A stretch of 64,000 nucleotides of DNA from Okamejei kenojei. Taxonomy: Eukaryota. Under the pieces are notes generated by a model. The model did no database searches. It saw nothing but the letters and a program-made list of their open reading frames with translations, and was not told where the DNA came from. Location: positions 26,846,001 through 26,910,000 of the forward strand of contig CM069162.1 of NCBI GenBank assembly GCA_035221665.1. Reading direction: 5' to 3'. Position 1 is the stretch's first letter, and each line of letters begins with the position of its first letter. Both the position numbers and the translations under genes were made by a program. Below, piece after piece: positions 36,118 through 48,592 of this stretch.

Positions 36118-36692
36118 CTACATGAGATAGTCACACGAGTGGACCTTACATGGGCAATCAACCAGAGCAGCTGCGGCCAGTTGTAGAATTCCTTATGTCA
36201 ACCAACTTTGATGGGTTTGTCTGTCCTGAACGGTGTTGAAATGGTAAGTAAAGACAAGCTTTTTCCACAGGCAGATTTGTAATGACTACATACGATCCAG
36301 AGACCACAAAGGTTATAACTACAAAAGGAGTAGCCTTGATCTGGGATATATTGTGTCAGCAAAGGAGATGGAAACAGAATCAATAACTATCCCATGGGAT
36401 TTGGTTAAATACTTGATAGGTAAAAGTTCCAGGACTGTGTGGGAGAAGAGGAGCAAAGTGGAGAGGAAAATATACAAGGAATAATACTAGGACTTATGTG
36501 AATACAATAAATAAATAATTATTGTGTTATACCTCACTGCATTGATGTATTAAAAAAAATGGGGATCATCTCATCTTGTTCTGCTCTCCCTTTCTAAGTT
36601 TGAACTCTTGGAGTTGCAGCTGTCCACAGCAGTCTCCAATGAGCAGTGGAAAATTACTTGTGGTTTCTTGCTGTGAAGATGCCACGCATTAC

Positions 36693-36778
36693 CTTTCAAC
36701 ACAGCTGTCTCTTCCCCACCAGAAGGCATAACTTTCTTTGACATGCTGTTAGTTTCCAGTTGAAGGGCTGCAGTGTAG
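36693..36778 (-). CDS. C1orf167: C1orf167-like exon
   Basis: SYTAALQLETNSMSKKVMPSGGEETAVLK; phase 2-1. Confidence 0.5.
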
Positions 36779-36903
36779 CTACAAGAGTCTTACAGAAAGC
36801 TACCCATCAGAGGCCAGCGATGAGGAAAAACTGCACTCTCAAAACGAAGCAACTCTTTAAAACATCTTCACATATCATTCCACATAAAGGATACTAATCT
36901 CAC

Positions 36904-36987
36904 CTGCTTGTGCCCTCCTGTCTCACTTGCCATGGATATTCAGTGACAGCTCTCTCAGTCTCGAGGTGGAAAGTGCATAATGCCTTT
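36904..36987 (-). CDS. C1orf167: C1orf167-like exon
   Basis: RKALCTFHLETERAVTEYPWQVRQEGTS; strong splice sites, phase 2-2. Confidence 0.65.
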
Positions 36988-38266
36988 CTGGAAAAAGAAG
37001 AATATTGAAGAATTATAACGTCAAACTGACATCCCGGGAATCACTGACTCTTCAAAACTAGCAGGTTATGAATCTGGGCCCATTTATAAATATTCATAAT
37101 TTTAACATCCCAGTATGTGGCAGCTACCACATTTGTGGTCATTTGTGGTTTTACTGGGTCACCTGAGTACATGTTGGATGACGACACAACAGACTATGAA
37201 TCTTGAGCAAAACACAAAATGCTGGAGGAACCCAGCGGGTCAGGCTGCATCTGGGGAGAGAATGGACGTGACTTTTTGGGTCGGGTCCTTTCTTCAGGCT
37301 ACATCCTGGGTGCTACCTCTGATTTACTCTGGAAAAGGACAAAGTTTGGTCAATTAAATTCAAGTACAGGTGTTGGATTTTGGAGGATAAGTGGGGCCTC
37401 AGGTGATGTGACCCAAGGAAGAGATTAATGTCCTTGTCTCGCGGGGGTAGGATGGACCTCAGGAAGTGGTGAACTGGTGGTGGATGGGGGTTGCGGTCAG
37501 GAGGATGAAAGACAAATTAGGAAAATACAGTGATCCCTATCCAACCTTGCACTGTGAAAAGCAACATCATTGGAATGGCCGTCGCTGGACAAATTAATCA
37601 GCAAAAGCCTGAAAGGGAACGATATTATCCCTTGTAAAAATTGCATTGAGTGCACAAGGATAACTTATGTCAGAAAAGGTATTTTCCAAATTTCTTAAAG
37701 ATCCAAAACATCCTGGGACATGGTTGTTATTGCATTTCTTTCCAGAAAAAAAATCAATTGCTTAACGCTAATAAAAAAAAGCAACAAAATGTGATTGAAT
37801 TTTTCGGCAAAGAACTCAGATCCCTGTCGGGGGTCCCACTTTAAAGCAGTTTATCATCAACTCAGAATTGATTACTGCCACAGCTACTCTAAGTGAGAGA
37901 GAAGGCCGATCCTCTATCAAGCTGCACCAGCTGGCTCTACGCTATATACATAATTCATTTCCTCTGGCTATATTCACACTTCAGCTTCAAACCTACATCT
38001 TCTCTTTACACTATATATATGTATTTTTTAACTTGAAAATCTTGCAGTTTGATGATTTCACATCAACTGCAGAGCTCAAATGCAAAATACACCCCAGGTG
38101 AGACTAGAGAATATCACAATATCCCTATGGGTCCATGGTCTGTCTGATGTGGGACTGAGCTCCACGGAAAGCAGATACCAGGTTTGGTTCCAAACTCTGC
38201 CGCAATAGCATCTCTAAGAATAAACAACTGCTGACAAACTGCTGTAATACCGCCGTCCACTCATAC

Positions 38267-38469
38267 CTGCAATGAAAACTTGCCAAACTCAGGAACTGTA
38301 CATCCTCATGTTGTAAATGCTTGTGTTGTTTCCGCATATGTCTGTAAATTTTTGGCCCAAGTGGCTGCAGTGTGGCCGACATCCTCAGGTGAACAGAACA
38401 AGATTTGCTGACTGCATTCGGATCTTTGGCCATCAGCTGACATTGGCTAGCGTTTGCTGCGTCTCTCCA
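38267..38469 (-). CDS. C1orf167: C1orf167-like exon
   Basis: WRDAANASQCQLMAKDP...FLSLASFHCR; completes CFNQ|WR across the junction; phase 0-2. Confidence 0.7.
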
Positions 38470-38829
38470 CTGTGCAAGATAGAGGAGATATCAGGATAAT
38501 CACAACATAACCACCTTCATAAAGTTTTTTGAAAGAAATAATATGCCCCAAAGACATTATTTCACAAGGAGAAGTCAAGAAAATAAATCTCAACTTTAAA
38601 ACATTTTGTGGTTTCTGTACCTTTTTAAAAATTATGTTAGGCTACATTGCTAGTAAATGGGAATACTATATGCTCAGCATATACATAGTGGGCTGAAGGG
38701 CCTGTTTCTGCACTGTATGATCTCAGGTGTAAGTTTTATTCCTCGTTTACAAGTTATCCTTCCTTTGAGTGGCAGGCAGAATGAAATCACCAAGGTTTCA
38801 ACTGCTAACATTTTGATTACTTTTTTTTG

Positions 38830-39660
38830 ATTTGATTCAATTTATTGTCATTGTCTTCAATTGAGAGACAACGAAATGCCATTTTCCTTAGTCATAAAAA
38901 TAAAAAAAACACAAAAACACAGTCGTCCACCACGCAAACATCCCCACAGCGGCACCAAAGTTCCCCACTGTGAGGGAAGGAACCAAACTCCAGTCAACCT
39001 CCTCACTGATATTCCCCAATGTTCACCCGTGGTTGGGCCTCCCGAGCCCTCCGCAGTTGCCGCTATGGGCGGCCCGATGTTCAGCACCTCTTGCCGGGAA
39101 CGATGGAACCCCGACGTCGAATAGTAGAACAACCTCAGCTGCCTGGACCTCTGAATCGGCCACCTCCCACCGGAGTCCGCGGCTCCCGAAGTCCACAGGC
39201 TGAGCTGAGCACAGATTCACGCTGGCGACCCCCAGCAAAGGGTCCCAGGACTCCGCGATGTTGGTCAGCGACCCCCGCGCTGGGAGCTCCGCAACCACAG
39301 CTCTGCGATGTCGATGCGGTAGGCCCAACACTCCGGAGCCCCAAACGGCGATCACAGGTAAGGCCTCGCCCGCTCCGCGATGTATCCAGCACTGCGCTGC
39401 TGCTGCTGAAACTCTGGTTGGTCCCGGCCGGAAAGGCCGCGCCAATCCAGTTGGTAGGCCACGAGGAGGGGGGCGAGAGCGCGACTTGGATAATAGTCGC
39501 ATCCTCGCCAGGAAGTGACTGAAGGACAGTTTCCCCCTTACCATACCCCCTTCTTCCCACATAAAATACTAAAAAAAAGAACATACTTAAACATAACAAA
39601 AAATAAAAAAGATAACCGGACTGTAGGCGGAGGCAACCATCAGCAGCGCCACCGGGTGTC
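38830..39660 (-). mobile_element. GC-rich non-autonomous retroelement with Rex1/L2-type tail
   Basis: CpG-rich block with sharp edges; minus-strand end GACAATGACAATAAATTGAATCAAATC. Confidence 0.55.
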
Positions 39661-40379
39661 CAAAACAAGCAAATGACTGAATCGTCAGTAAAAACATGTG
39701 TATTTAAATAATGTGATCATTCTGTAGGGAGTAACAATTTTTTTTCACAACCGTCAAAATATCCAGTAATGCTTGTAGATCATAGTTCTTCACTTTTTCT
39801 CACCATCAGACTTAACTATTCACATCAAAACGGCACCACGTTCTTCATGACCAACCACATTAACTCATAATGAAAGGTTCCACTTTATATACAGAACTCA
39901 AGGTACAATGCATGAACCTTCAAATTGTATGTGCGACTAGCAAAGCATGGGATGCTGGATGTTCACGAGGTTTTGGAATCCATCCACTTGTTTTGAGAAT
40001 TACCAGACTTTCTTTCATTACAATGAAGCTCATTCATATGATTTTGCAGAATGTATTTCTTACCGCTCAAATATATTCCAACAAATTCCATTCTCTTCCT
40101 CAAATTTCAGCAATTTTGTTGGAAGCAAGTGTGCGTGTATGAGCCGCAGAGGATGATCTATAAGAAATTTGTAACAACAAAGACCTTGCTCTCAAAACGT
40201 AGAAACAAGGAACTGCAGCTTCCACCCATCCATGTTCTCCAGAGATGTTTCATGACCCGCTGAGATTCTCCCAACATTTTGTTGGGAGTGGATACTCTGC
40301 CCACTCATTATTCCATGCAGTATTTTCTAATCATCCCTCTGACAGCTACATATCTATTTGTGTCCAACCTTACTCTCAA

Positions 40380-41150
40380 CCTTTATCAGCAAAACCTATG
40401 AAATTATCGTCGATTTTAAAAGAGGAAGGCCGAACATCCACAAACCAGTCCAACAATGTTTCCTTGATGGAGAGAATCAACAAGTTCCTGGGCATGTCTA
40501 TCTCTGAAGATCTGTCCTGGATCTAGCATATTGATATAATTTAAAAAAAGCCCATCAATATCTCTACTTCCTTAGAAAATTGTGGACATTTGGTATGTCA
40601 CCAAATACTCTCTTGAACTTGCACATGTGTATGGTGGAAAGCACATTGACTGGTTGTATCATGGCCTGGCTCAGCAACTTGAATGCCCAGGAACATATAA
40701 GATTATAAAAAGTGAACACTGCCCATTCCATCATGGATACTATCCTCCCCACCATTGAAGGATTCTCTAAAAGATCCTGCCTCAAAAAAACAGCCAACAT
40801 CATGACTCACACCATCCTGGCTACGGACTTATTTCACTCCTGCCATTGGGAAGAAGGTATAGCAACTTTAACGTCCAGGTTCAGGAACAACTTCTTCCCA
40901 ACAACCATCAGGCTATTGAGCACTACGAACTTCAACTAAACTAAGAACTGCCTTGGTTTTACTGGGGACTTCGGGCTTTGTTTTTGTTTTGCACTGCATT
41001 GGGTTTTTTTATTTATTGAACTTTATTTTCTTGTTTGTTTATTGTATAATCTATTGAGTAATGTGTTTATAAACCTATTTTGCTGCTGCAAGGAAAAAAA
41101 TAATTGTTCCTATATCTGCATAAAAATACAATGTTCTTGACTCTTGAATG
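40380..41150 (+). mobile_element. Degenerate Rex1 LINE 3' fragment
   Basis: KFLGMSISEDLSW, TAHSIMDTILPTIE, SRFRNNFFPTTIRLL. Confidence 0.8.
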
Positions 41151-41337
41151 GCAAAGTGCGAGCAGAAATTAGAATCCCCATCCAAAAACTAGCATCTGAC
41201 TCATCTACACTTAGACATTTTATCAAAGGGAGAGGCGCGACCCGCTAACAAAGATAATTAAAGTTAAGCATACAATATTTGTCAGGGACTGCTCATGTTC
41301 CCACTTGCTAACTCTCCATGATTCTGATAACACTCAC

Positions 41338-41557
41338 TTGATTAAAGCAATGAGCCAAGACTTGTCTGCATTGCCTTCTCTCCAAAAATTCCTTCTGCAT
41401 TTGGGTGAACTGTACTGCCCAGTACAATGCATGCAGTCCTTTCCTCAGCAATTGATGTTTCTGTAGTGATACAGCTGAAGCATAATGCTGTTGCGTAGCA
41501 TTGCGCCAAGCACAAAGGCACCGTGAAAGAAGCCTTTTGTGACATGGTTTTAAGTAG
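41338..41557 (-). CDS. C1orf167: C1orf167-like exon
   Basis: YLKPCHKRLLSRCLCAWRNATQQH...LLRKGLHALYWAVQ...RQVLAHCFNQ; phase 2-0. Confidence 0.85.
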
Positions 41558-43207
41558 CTAAAAGAAACAAATGTCAGAATCATTTACACACACATATAGC
41601 TCCATGCTCAAGGTGAACAATGTATCCCTGCTTTGCCACCAATATTCAATCAAACTTTTAAATGAAACAGAATCACCTTTTCTTGCCTGTTGAAGCCAGT
41701 TTTCTTCCTCCTTCTGAAAGTGCGAACTCTCGATGAAATTCAGGTTGGTATTGGTTTATTATTGTCACTTGTACAAGATACATTCAAAATACTTTGAATG
41801 CCGGCTATCCAATTAAATCGAATCATATTATCCATTAACACAATCAAGCCATACATAAGTACAAGGCGTATTGAGCTACGATACTGAGAACCATATTCTG
41901 CATTCTGTATCTTTTCCTTTGTTCTATTTATTGCACTATAGTTCGACGTTAGTGCAGGATATAATTTCACAGCAATACCAAGAGGTTCCCCCATATCTTT
42001 CTGGGGTCCTGAACTTATTTCCACTCAACTGGACAATGGAAGATAAACTGAATCATTAAAGGTCAGATTTTTGCAAAACTGTACATCCAGCAGGCTAGTT
42101 CATTATCAAGTTGGTTTACAACCAGTCAACATGTGACCTCAAAGTGTCAAGCATCTCTAGAGGCAGAAATAGTGTGAATTGTATTGGCCTGTGACTACTC
42201 CAGCATTTTGTGTCTATCTTTGGTGTAAACCAGTATTTGCAGTTCCTTCCTACACCATTCTTCAGAAACTGTTTCTAATGAATAAAAAGCACTGACTGAA
42301 ATGTTAATTTGTTTCACTCTCCAGAGAAGCTGCCCAACTTCCTAGTATATTCAGCATTTTTTGTCTTCCTTCAGGATTCCAGCATCTCCAGTATTTTCAA
42401 ATTGCAAAAAACCTTAAACTGCAGTCAATATTTGATGGTTTGATTGAAACAGTGCCTGTTGTGAAAGGTGTTTAGTAGTGAATGATTTCATTCCCCATTC
42501 CCTCTTTACACTATTTGCACGCATGCAATTCAGATTTACGAGTAAAAAATAATAATTTGACATTCACAGTTTATTGTTACACTGACTCTGTCGGGATTAT
42601 ATAGGTGTTTCTTAAAATTCCTCATGATTTTGATGAGTGTATAAAAAAAAGATTTCAAACTGTTTGCACTTCTAAATTGATTTAAATTATTTTTCAGAAT
42701 ATACATCATAAATCTTCTGCAATATTGAACCCCAAACAAATTTTAATCTAATTGTGAAGTCTGTCAGGTTTGACTGCAGTCAATTTTTTCTGATCTTTCC
42801 ATTACACTCTCCTTAAGCACATAAATCTACCACATTGCGTGATTTATTCTACATCAGGCTACTCCTAACCCGCTGAGCCCCATCTGTACTCATCTCCATA
42901 GAAACGCAAAAATACAAGAGACGTCCCACTGACCCTGTGTTGTTACAGCGGGAAACAGACACAGACTAACAGCAGTTACTGCAAATGCTTCACTTAAAAG
43001 AAACACTTAAGCAAGTCCAACTGAGATGGGAATGAGATGCTGACTAAATCATCTTTCAAATGGTTCTCAGTGTTCACACAAATGCTTCATTTCCATAGGT
43101 TGTGTGCAACATCTTTCAAAGCCATGAACTCAAAAGAGACATTTTGCTGTGTGTCATTTTGGTTTTGGCAATATAGAGCTGTTACTTGCCAACTGGTATA
43201 TATTTTT

Positions 43208-43485
43208 AAAGATACAGCATGGAAACAGGCCCTTCGGCCCACCAACCCATTCACACTCATTCTATGTTATCCCACTTTCTCATCCACTCTTCACACACTA
43301 GGGGCAATTTACAGAGGCTGATTAATCGACAAGCCCACACGTTTGGGATATGGGAGGAAACCAGAGAACCCGTAGGAAACACACGCAGTCACACGGAAAA
43401 CCTGCAAATTCCACCTGTCAGGATTGAACCCAGTCTCCAACACTGTGAGGCAGCTCTGCCAGCTGCGTCACTGAGCTGGCCGTGT
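43208..43485 (-). mobile_element. V-SINE (HE1-like)
   Basis: Reverse complement of the tRNA head, V-domain and CR1-type tail. Confidence 0.75.
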
Positions 43486-44478
43486 TAATTTGTGTTCAAC
43501 CGCTCTTTTCTTACTGGAAACAGGTTCTCCACATTTATTCTATCAAAATCTTTCATGCGTTTGAAAACTTCTATTAATTCTCTTCTTAAGCTTTCATGGA
43601 ACAACTTAAGTTTCTTCACGTTTCTGAAATCTTTCATCCCTGATATAATTCTTACAAATTTAATCTGCACCCTCCCTTAGGACCCCAACACTTAATTTAA
43701 TGTATTGCACGGAGAACTGGACATGATATTCCAGCTGCCACATAACGGTTCAGTATTGTAAGAGTGTCGGGAGATAAGTAAAACAAATTGGGTCTGAAAG
43801 AAAATTGTGTTATATTATACCCTTGTAACTACTTATTAGGACCAAATGCTGAATATAAATATAATATATCACCACATTAGTACTATTCCAATCCCTCATG
43901 CATAGCTTGAAATTAAGACATGATAATTAAACTTGAAGAGAAAGTTTCCATTATCTTTAAAGCACAAATTTGCCATCTGTGACTCATTCGGAAATCTTTG
44001 CAACCTCCATTTTGAAAGCATAAAATCTTTTTTTAAATGTAATGACGGCTCAGCAGATAATGCTGCCGCCTCACACCTCTAGAGACCCAGGTTCAATACT
44101 GACCTCGGAAGCTGTATGTGTGGAAAGGAACAAAGGAGGATGCCGTGTGAGGGGTCCGCCATGAGGGAGGGGGAAGGGGGAGCGGAAGGGGGGAGAGAAC
44201 AAAGGGGGACCTGGCGCGGAGGTACTTTGTAACTTTGTAAGCACCGACTATGTGGCGACTATTTGCATAACTTGGGGATGCAAGCAAAGAATTTCACTGT
44301 TACTTGTCACTGAAATTCCAAAGGCATGCCTGTAAGTTATTTTGTTGCTGCAAAATTGACCCATCGTGTAATTTAATGCCAATAGAATTAAAGACTTGTT
44401 GGGATGGACCTTTTTTCAGACTGTTCCAGTCTGCTGAGTTACTCCAGCACTTTGTGTCTTTTAAGCTTAAAGCTAGGC

Positions 44479-44977
44479 GCCAATGCCACTGGTCTGCACC
44501 AGCGGGCCTTTATTCACTGGCTACCGCAAGGTCCCGTTTACATGGCTGTTGTTGCAGCTCACGTTGTAGCCTCTAGAGACATCGCTTTCTTTCGGGCCGC
44601 CGCCACCAACAGGACATGCTCAGTCACCATGGGGCTCCCTCCTCTCTCACCGGCTGCTGCTTCTTCATGCAAGCCGTCACTTTGTCTGCTCCCCACTCCA
44701 CCGCCACCTCCTCCTCCTCCTTCTACCCCGCAGTCGCCGACATCTGAGGAGATGGTGGTGATGGGAGGAGAGGCCGACTGGACAAAGTGACAGCTAACAA
44801 GAAGACGTGACAGCTGTTGAGAGGGGAGGGAGCCCCAGTGACTGAGTGCGTCCTGTTAGTGGCCGAGGACTGAAGAAAGTGCTGCGCCAGAGGCTATAAC
44901 GTGAGCCGCAACAACAACGGCATCAACTTGACGGTGCAGCAGTTGCTGAAGAAAGGCTCTCTGGGAGTGGCACTGGC
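44479..44977. repeat. ~500-bp foldback (palindromic) element
   Basis: Arms pair over >200 bp, e.g. GTTGTTGCAGCTCACGTTGTAGCCTCT vs AGAGGCTATAACGTGAGCCGCAACAAC. Confidence 0.85.
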
Positions 44978-46412
44978 AGCGTCAGTAGGTCCGTCGCTAT
45001 AACCAAAATCTATTAAAAAGGTGGTCTGTTAAAATGAGGGTTTATTATACTGCCAATTACACCCAAGGTTAAAAGCCTTCAGCAAAACTAAACACCATTG
45101 CACTTTTTCTTCACTGAATCCAGAATGAGGTATCAGAGCAGTGATGTTTGGTCAAGGGAAAGAGGCATTGGAGCCTGATCATGGATTGTTAGAGTAATGG
45201 AGAGTAGTGTCAGAACCCTGCTATAGATGAGAAGTAGAAAATTAGAGTCTGGTGATGCATGGTCAACAGGTAGGAAAACAATAGATGTCTGTGTTCAATG
45301 GTGTTGAATAGGACTCATCAGAACCTAGTGTGTGGATGACTTTAGGGTGGGAATTACCTGATCAGTTTGGATGTTGTGAAAAGGAGGAAATGGCGCAAAG
45401 AATGAAATGTACTCCCTCGAGTTAATCAAAAGGCATTCCAGTCCATCGTGCCAATGGGAAGGCCACATTGTTCAACATGGTCCGAGCGACCCTAAAAAAA
45501 GTTGCATGAGAGATGATGTCATCTGTGCACTTCAACAGAGAAATTGGATTGGAACAGATGGTGAACCTCCTCTGCATCCTCTCTAACGCCTTTACACCCT
45601 GGAAGTATCTGGTCATGTTTCTGGAATGATGCTAAATTACCCAGAAATTATCATGATGATATTTCACACCAAAAAAAGAAATCAAATGTCAATTGCATAA
45701 TAGTATAAAAAATAGCACTATTATATAACTATGTTTCTTGACAAATCAGTGACACGGATCTTAAGGAAATGGAGCACAGAACTGTGAAAGGGTATTTGTT
45801 AAACCTGACTTAAATACAGTAATTAACAAAGACAGTTCCTGTGCTCCTATTGTTAATGTAGCTGCACACAGATCTGTAATAATCCTTTATCGTTTACGTA
45901 CAAATGTCAATGAGAATTTAACAATCAGCAAATGTGTTCCAAAAAGAGTCCAAGTCTTGAATTAAGTGTTTGTTCTGCACACTGCCAGAATTCTCCTGAT
46001 ATTAGTTGGTGGAATTCACATTATAAATGTTAATTGTGAGTGCCACGCTTCACCAATTCTTGTACTTAGAAATATTTCCAAACTTTGCTGCTGAATAATT
46101 AATGCTCTAGCTTAAAGGTTATCTCAATTATCGTACACACCTGCAATAGCAGCAAATGTGTCTGTCATATCAGTTCCTTTCAACGTATTCCTTAAAGTTC
46201 TATATTCTACAGAATATGTAAGATATATATAATCTATTTTTTCCTAACTGTTCCTTTGTTGTATGGTTTCTCGACTGTTGGTGCAAATAAAACCGAAATT
46301 ATGTTTCCAAGCTCCATATTGTCTTGACTGTTTTGGTGGGGACTGTAAACTGCCTGTACTTGTATCAAGCAGTCTTAAATATCTTTAACCTATTCCCCAC
46401 ACAATGCTTTAC

Positions 46413-46468
46413 CTTTCCACGGGTATCTTTGTCCTATCATCCAAAGAAAATCTTCGATATTTAGTACT
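46413..46468 (-). CDS. C1orf167: C1orf167-like small exon
   Basis: STKYRRFSLDDRTKIPVE; TTTTGGCAG acceptor, AG|GTAAAG donor, phase 0-2 fits both neighbours. Confidence 0.7.
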
Positions 46469-48592
46469 CTGCCAAAAACAAAACCCAAATCAATAGGCAT
46501 TCCAGTCCATCGTTCCAACGGGAATATAGCCAAAGTTCAACAGCTTAAGACAAAATCACATTTATGCACATTACATCATGATCACAGATTTGCATCGATT
46601 TTGCAGCAGGCATATTTTATCAGTTATGCGGGGTTAGATGGGCGACAAGTTTACTCCCCATCTATACGATTAACAAAATCTTTGTGTACGGTTTTATCAT
46701 CCCAAGGTGAATTTTTTTGTGCTAAACAATAAATTCACTAGTTAAATTCAAGTGCATTGTGGAGATGAATTTATTTTATGGCCTGCTAGAGTTTTCCACA
46801 AATTAAAGACTGAAGTGGCTGCTCTCGTTATATATTTTTGAATCTAATTTTACAAAGTCAATTGTCATACATGCAAGGAATTCCAACATTATATTCATGT
46901 TAATACAAGACCACTGTATTTATTCAACAATCCAGGGTCCTATCACCCAAACACACTACAACTTAAATTTCACCCAATGACAGAAAAAAATGAGGACTTA
47001 GAACTTGGAAAACTTTATTGTCATTTAGACCTTGTGGTCTGAACGAATTTTTGTTGCCTGCAATCATACATATAGTAAATAACAAAAACACACAATAGAC
47101 ACATATTTAACATCCACCACAGTGAGTTCATCAGACACCACCTCACTGTGGTGGAAGGCAAAAATCTTGTCTTTTCAGTCTTGTCTTGACTGAAGAGTCA
47201 AGAGTGTTTTATTGTCATATGTCGCAGATAGGACAATGAAATCCTTACTTCCTGCAGCACAACAGAACAAGTAAACATAGTACACAACGGGAGGAAAAAA
47301 AAAGTTCAGTGTGTATATATACACATTCACACATACTCAATAAATAAACAAATATAATGCAATACTTCAATGCAAATAAACAAATATGGTGTAGAATTCA
47401 TGAGATTAATCTATAATTCATCTCATGAATTCTAATTAACCCCAAAATGCATGGTCTTAAAAGTAATTTAAATATCTGGGCAGGATTTAGGGGGAGGCTC
47501 CTTCCAAAGGCAAGGTTTGCCTTGTTCTGCAAACTTACTCTACTTAGAAAGAATTGTGCAGAGTTATTCAGCGCTGTCGCAATTTTTGGGCCTAAACACT
47601 GACAAAACACTCCGAATTCAGATTGTACATACTGTTTAAGTCAGTAAAGGTAGAGAATTGTGTTAATCCTGAACACTGAAGATTACATTTAATATTAAAG
47701 TTTTTTTTTAAGTTTTAATGGAACCAGGGTTGCAGGTTGTAGAAAATAGGATTGCTCTTGGAGCAGAAAGGTTAATGAGAGATTTAATCACAGTATTGAA
47801 AATGACAAAGCGCAAAGAGTAAATAAGAAGAAATTGTTTCCAGTGGCAGAATAATCTGTAAATAGACCACACTTCAGGGGACTGACAATTGAATAATAGG
47901 TAGGACAGTATGAGATTTTTCTGTTAAATTCAGTCACTATGAAAATCAGGAATGCACTGTCTGAATGGGAAGTGAAAGCAGATTCAGTTTCTGCTTTGTG
48001 GAATAACCTTCAAAATTCAGTTGGATAAATACATGAAGGAGAAACATTTGCAGCAGGGTAAAGGACCAGTGTAAGTTGGGCCGAAAGGTCCGTATCCATA
48101 CTGTATCTCTATGACTCTATGTAACTCTTTCAGGGAGTCAACACAAACACTACAGGCTGAATAAACCTTATCTGAACTGCAATATTTATGATTCTGAAGT
48201 TGAAGTCTAATTTGCAGTGTTCCTCCAATCTTCACAATGTGTGGTGTCTGACAATGATCAAGCACATTCATATATGATGCAATGGATTAGACTTAATAAG
48301 TCTCTCCACATCCATAACTTTTTTTTCTGACATGACAAATGTCGAACGGCACAGCACGCACAATAAATCAAACAGCATAACCTATCGAACAGCAGAACGA
48401 ATAAACAGAAAGATCCTCCCATTTGAAGCAACTAAATGAGAAGTCACCATAACCCACGCTCAGAAACTCTCATCAAAATCAAGAGCTCTCATCAAATCAC
48501 ATCACCTCATACTTTCAGTTTCAACAAATCAGTCAAAAGAGATAATTGATTTGGGAAGTCATATTTTTGTTGTACAATTATTATCATCTTAC

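Noticed and set aside
38857-39668. Stack of overlapping 160-180-aa ORFs on both strands
   Set aside because: A GC-rich repeat with few stop codons; no domain signature.
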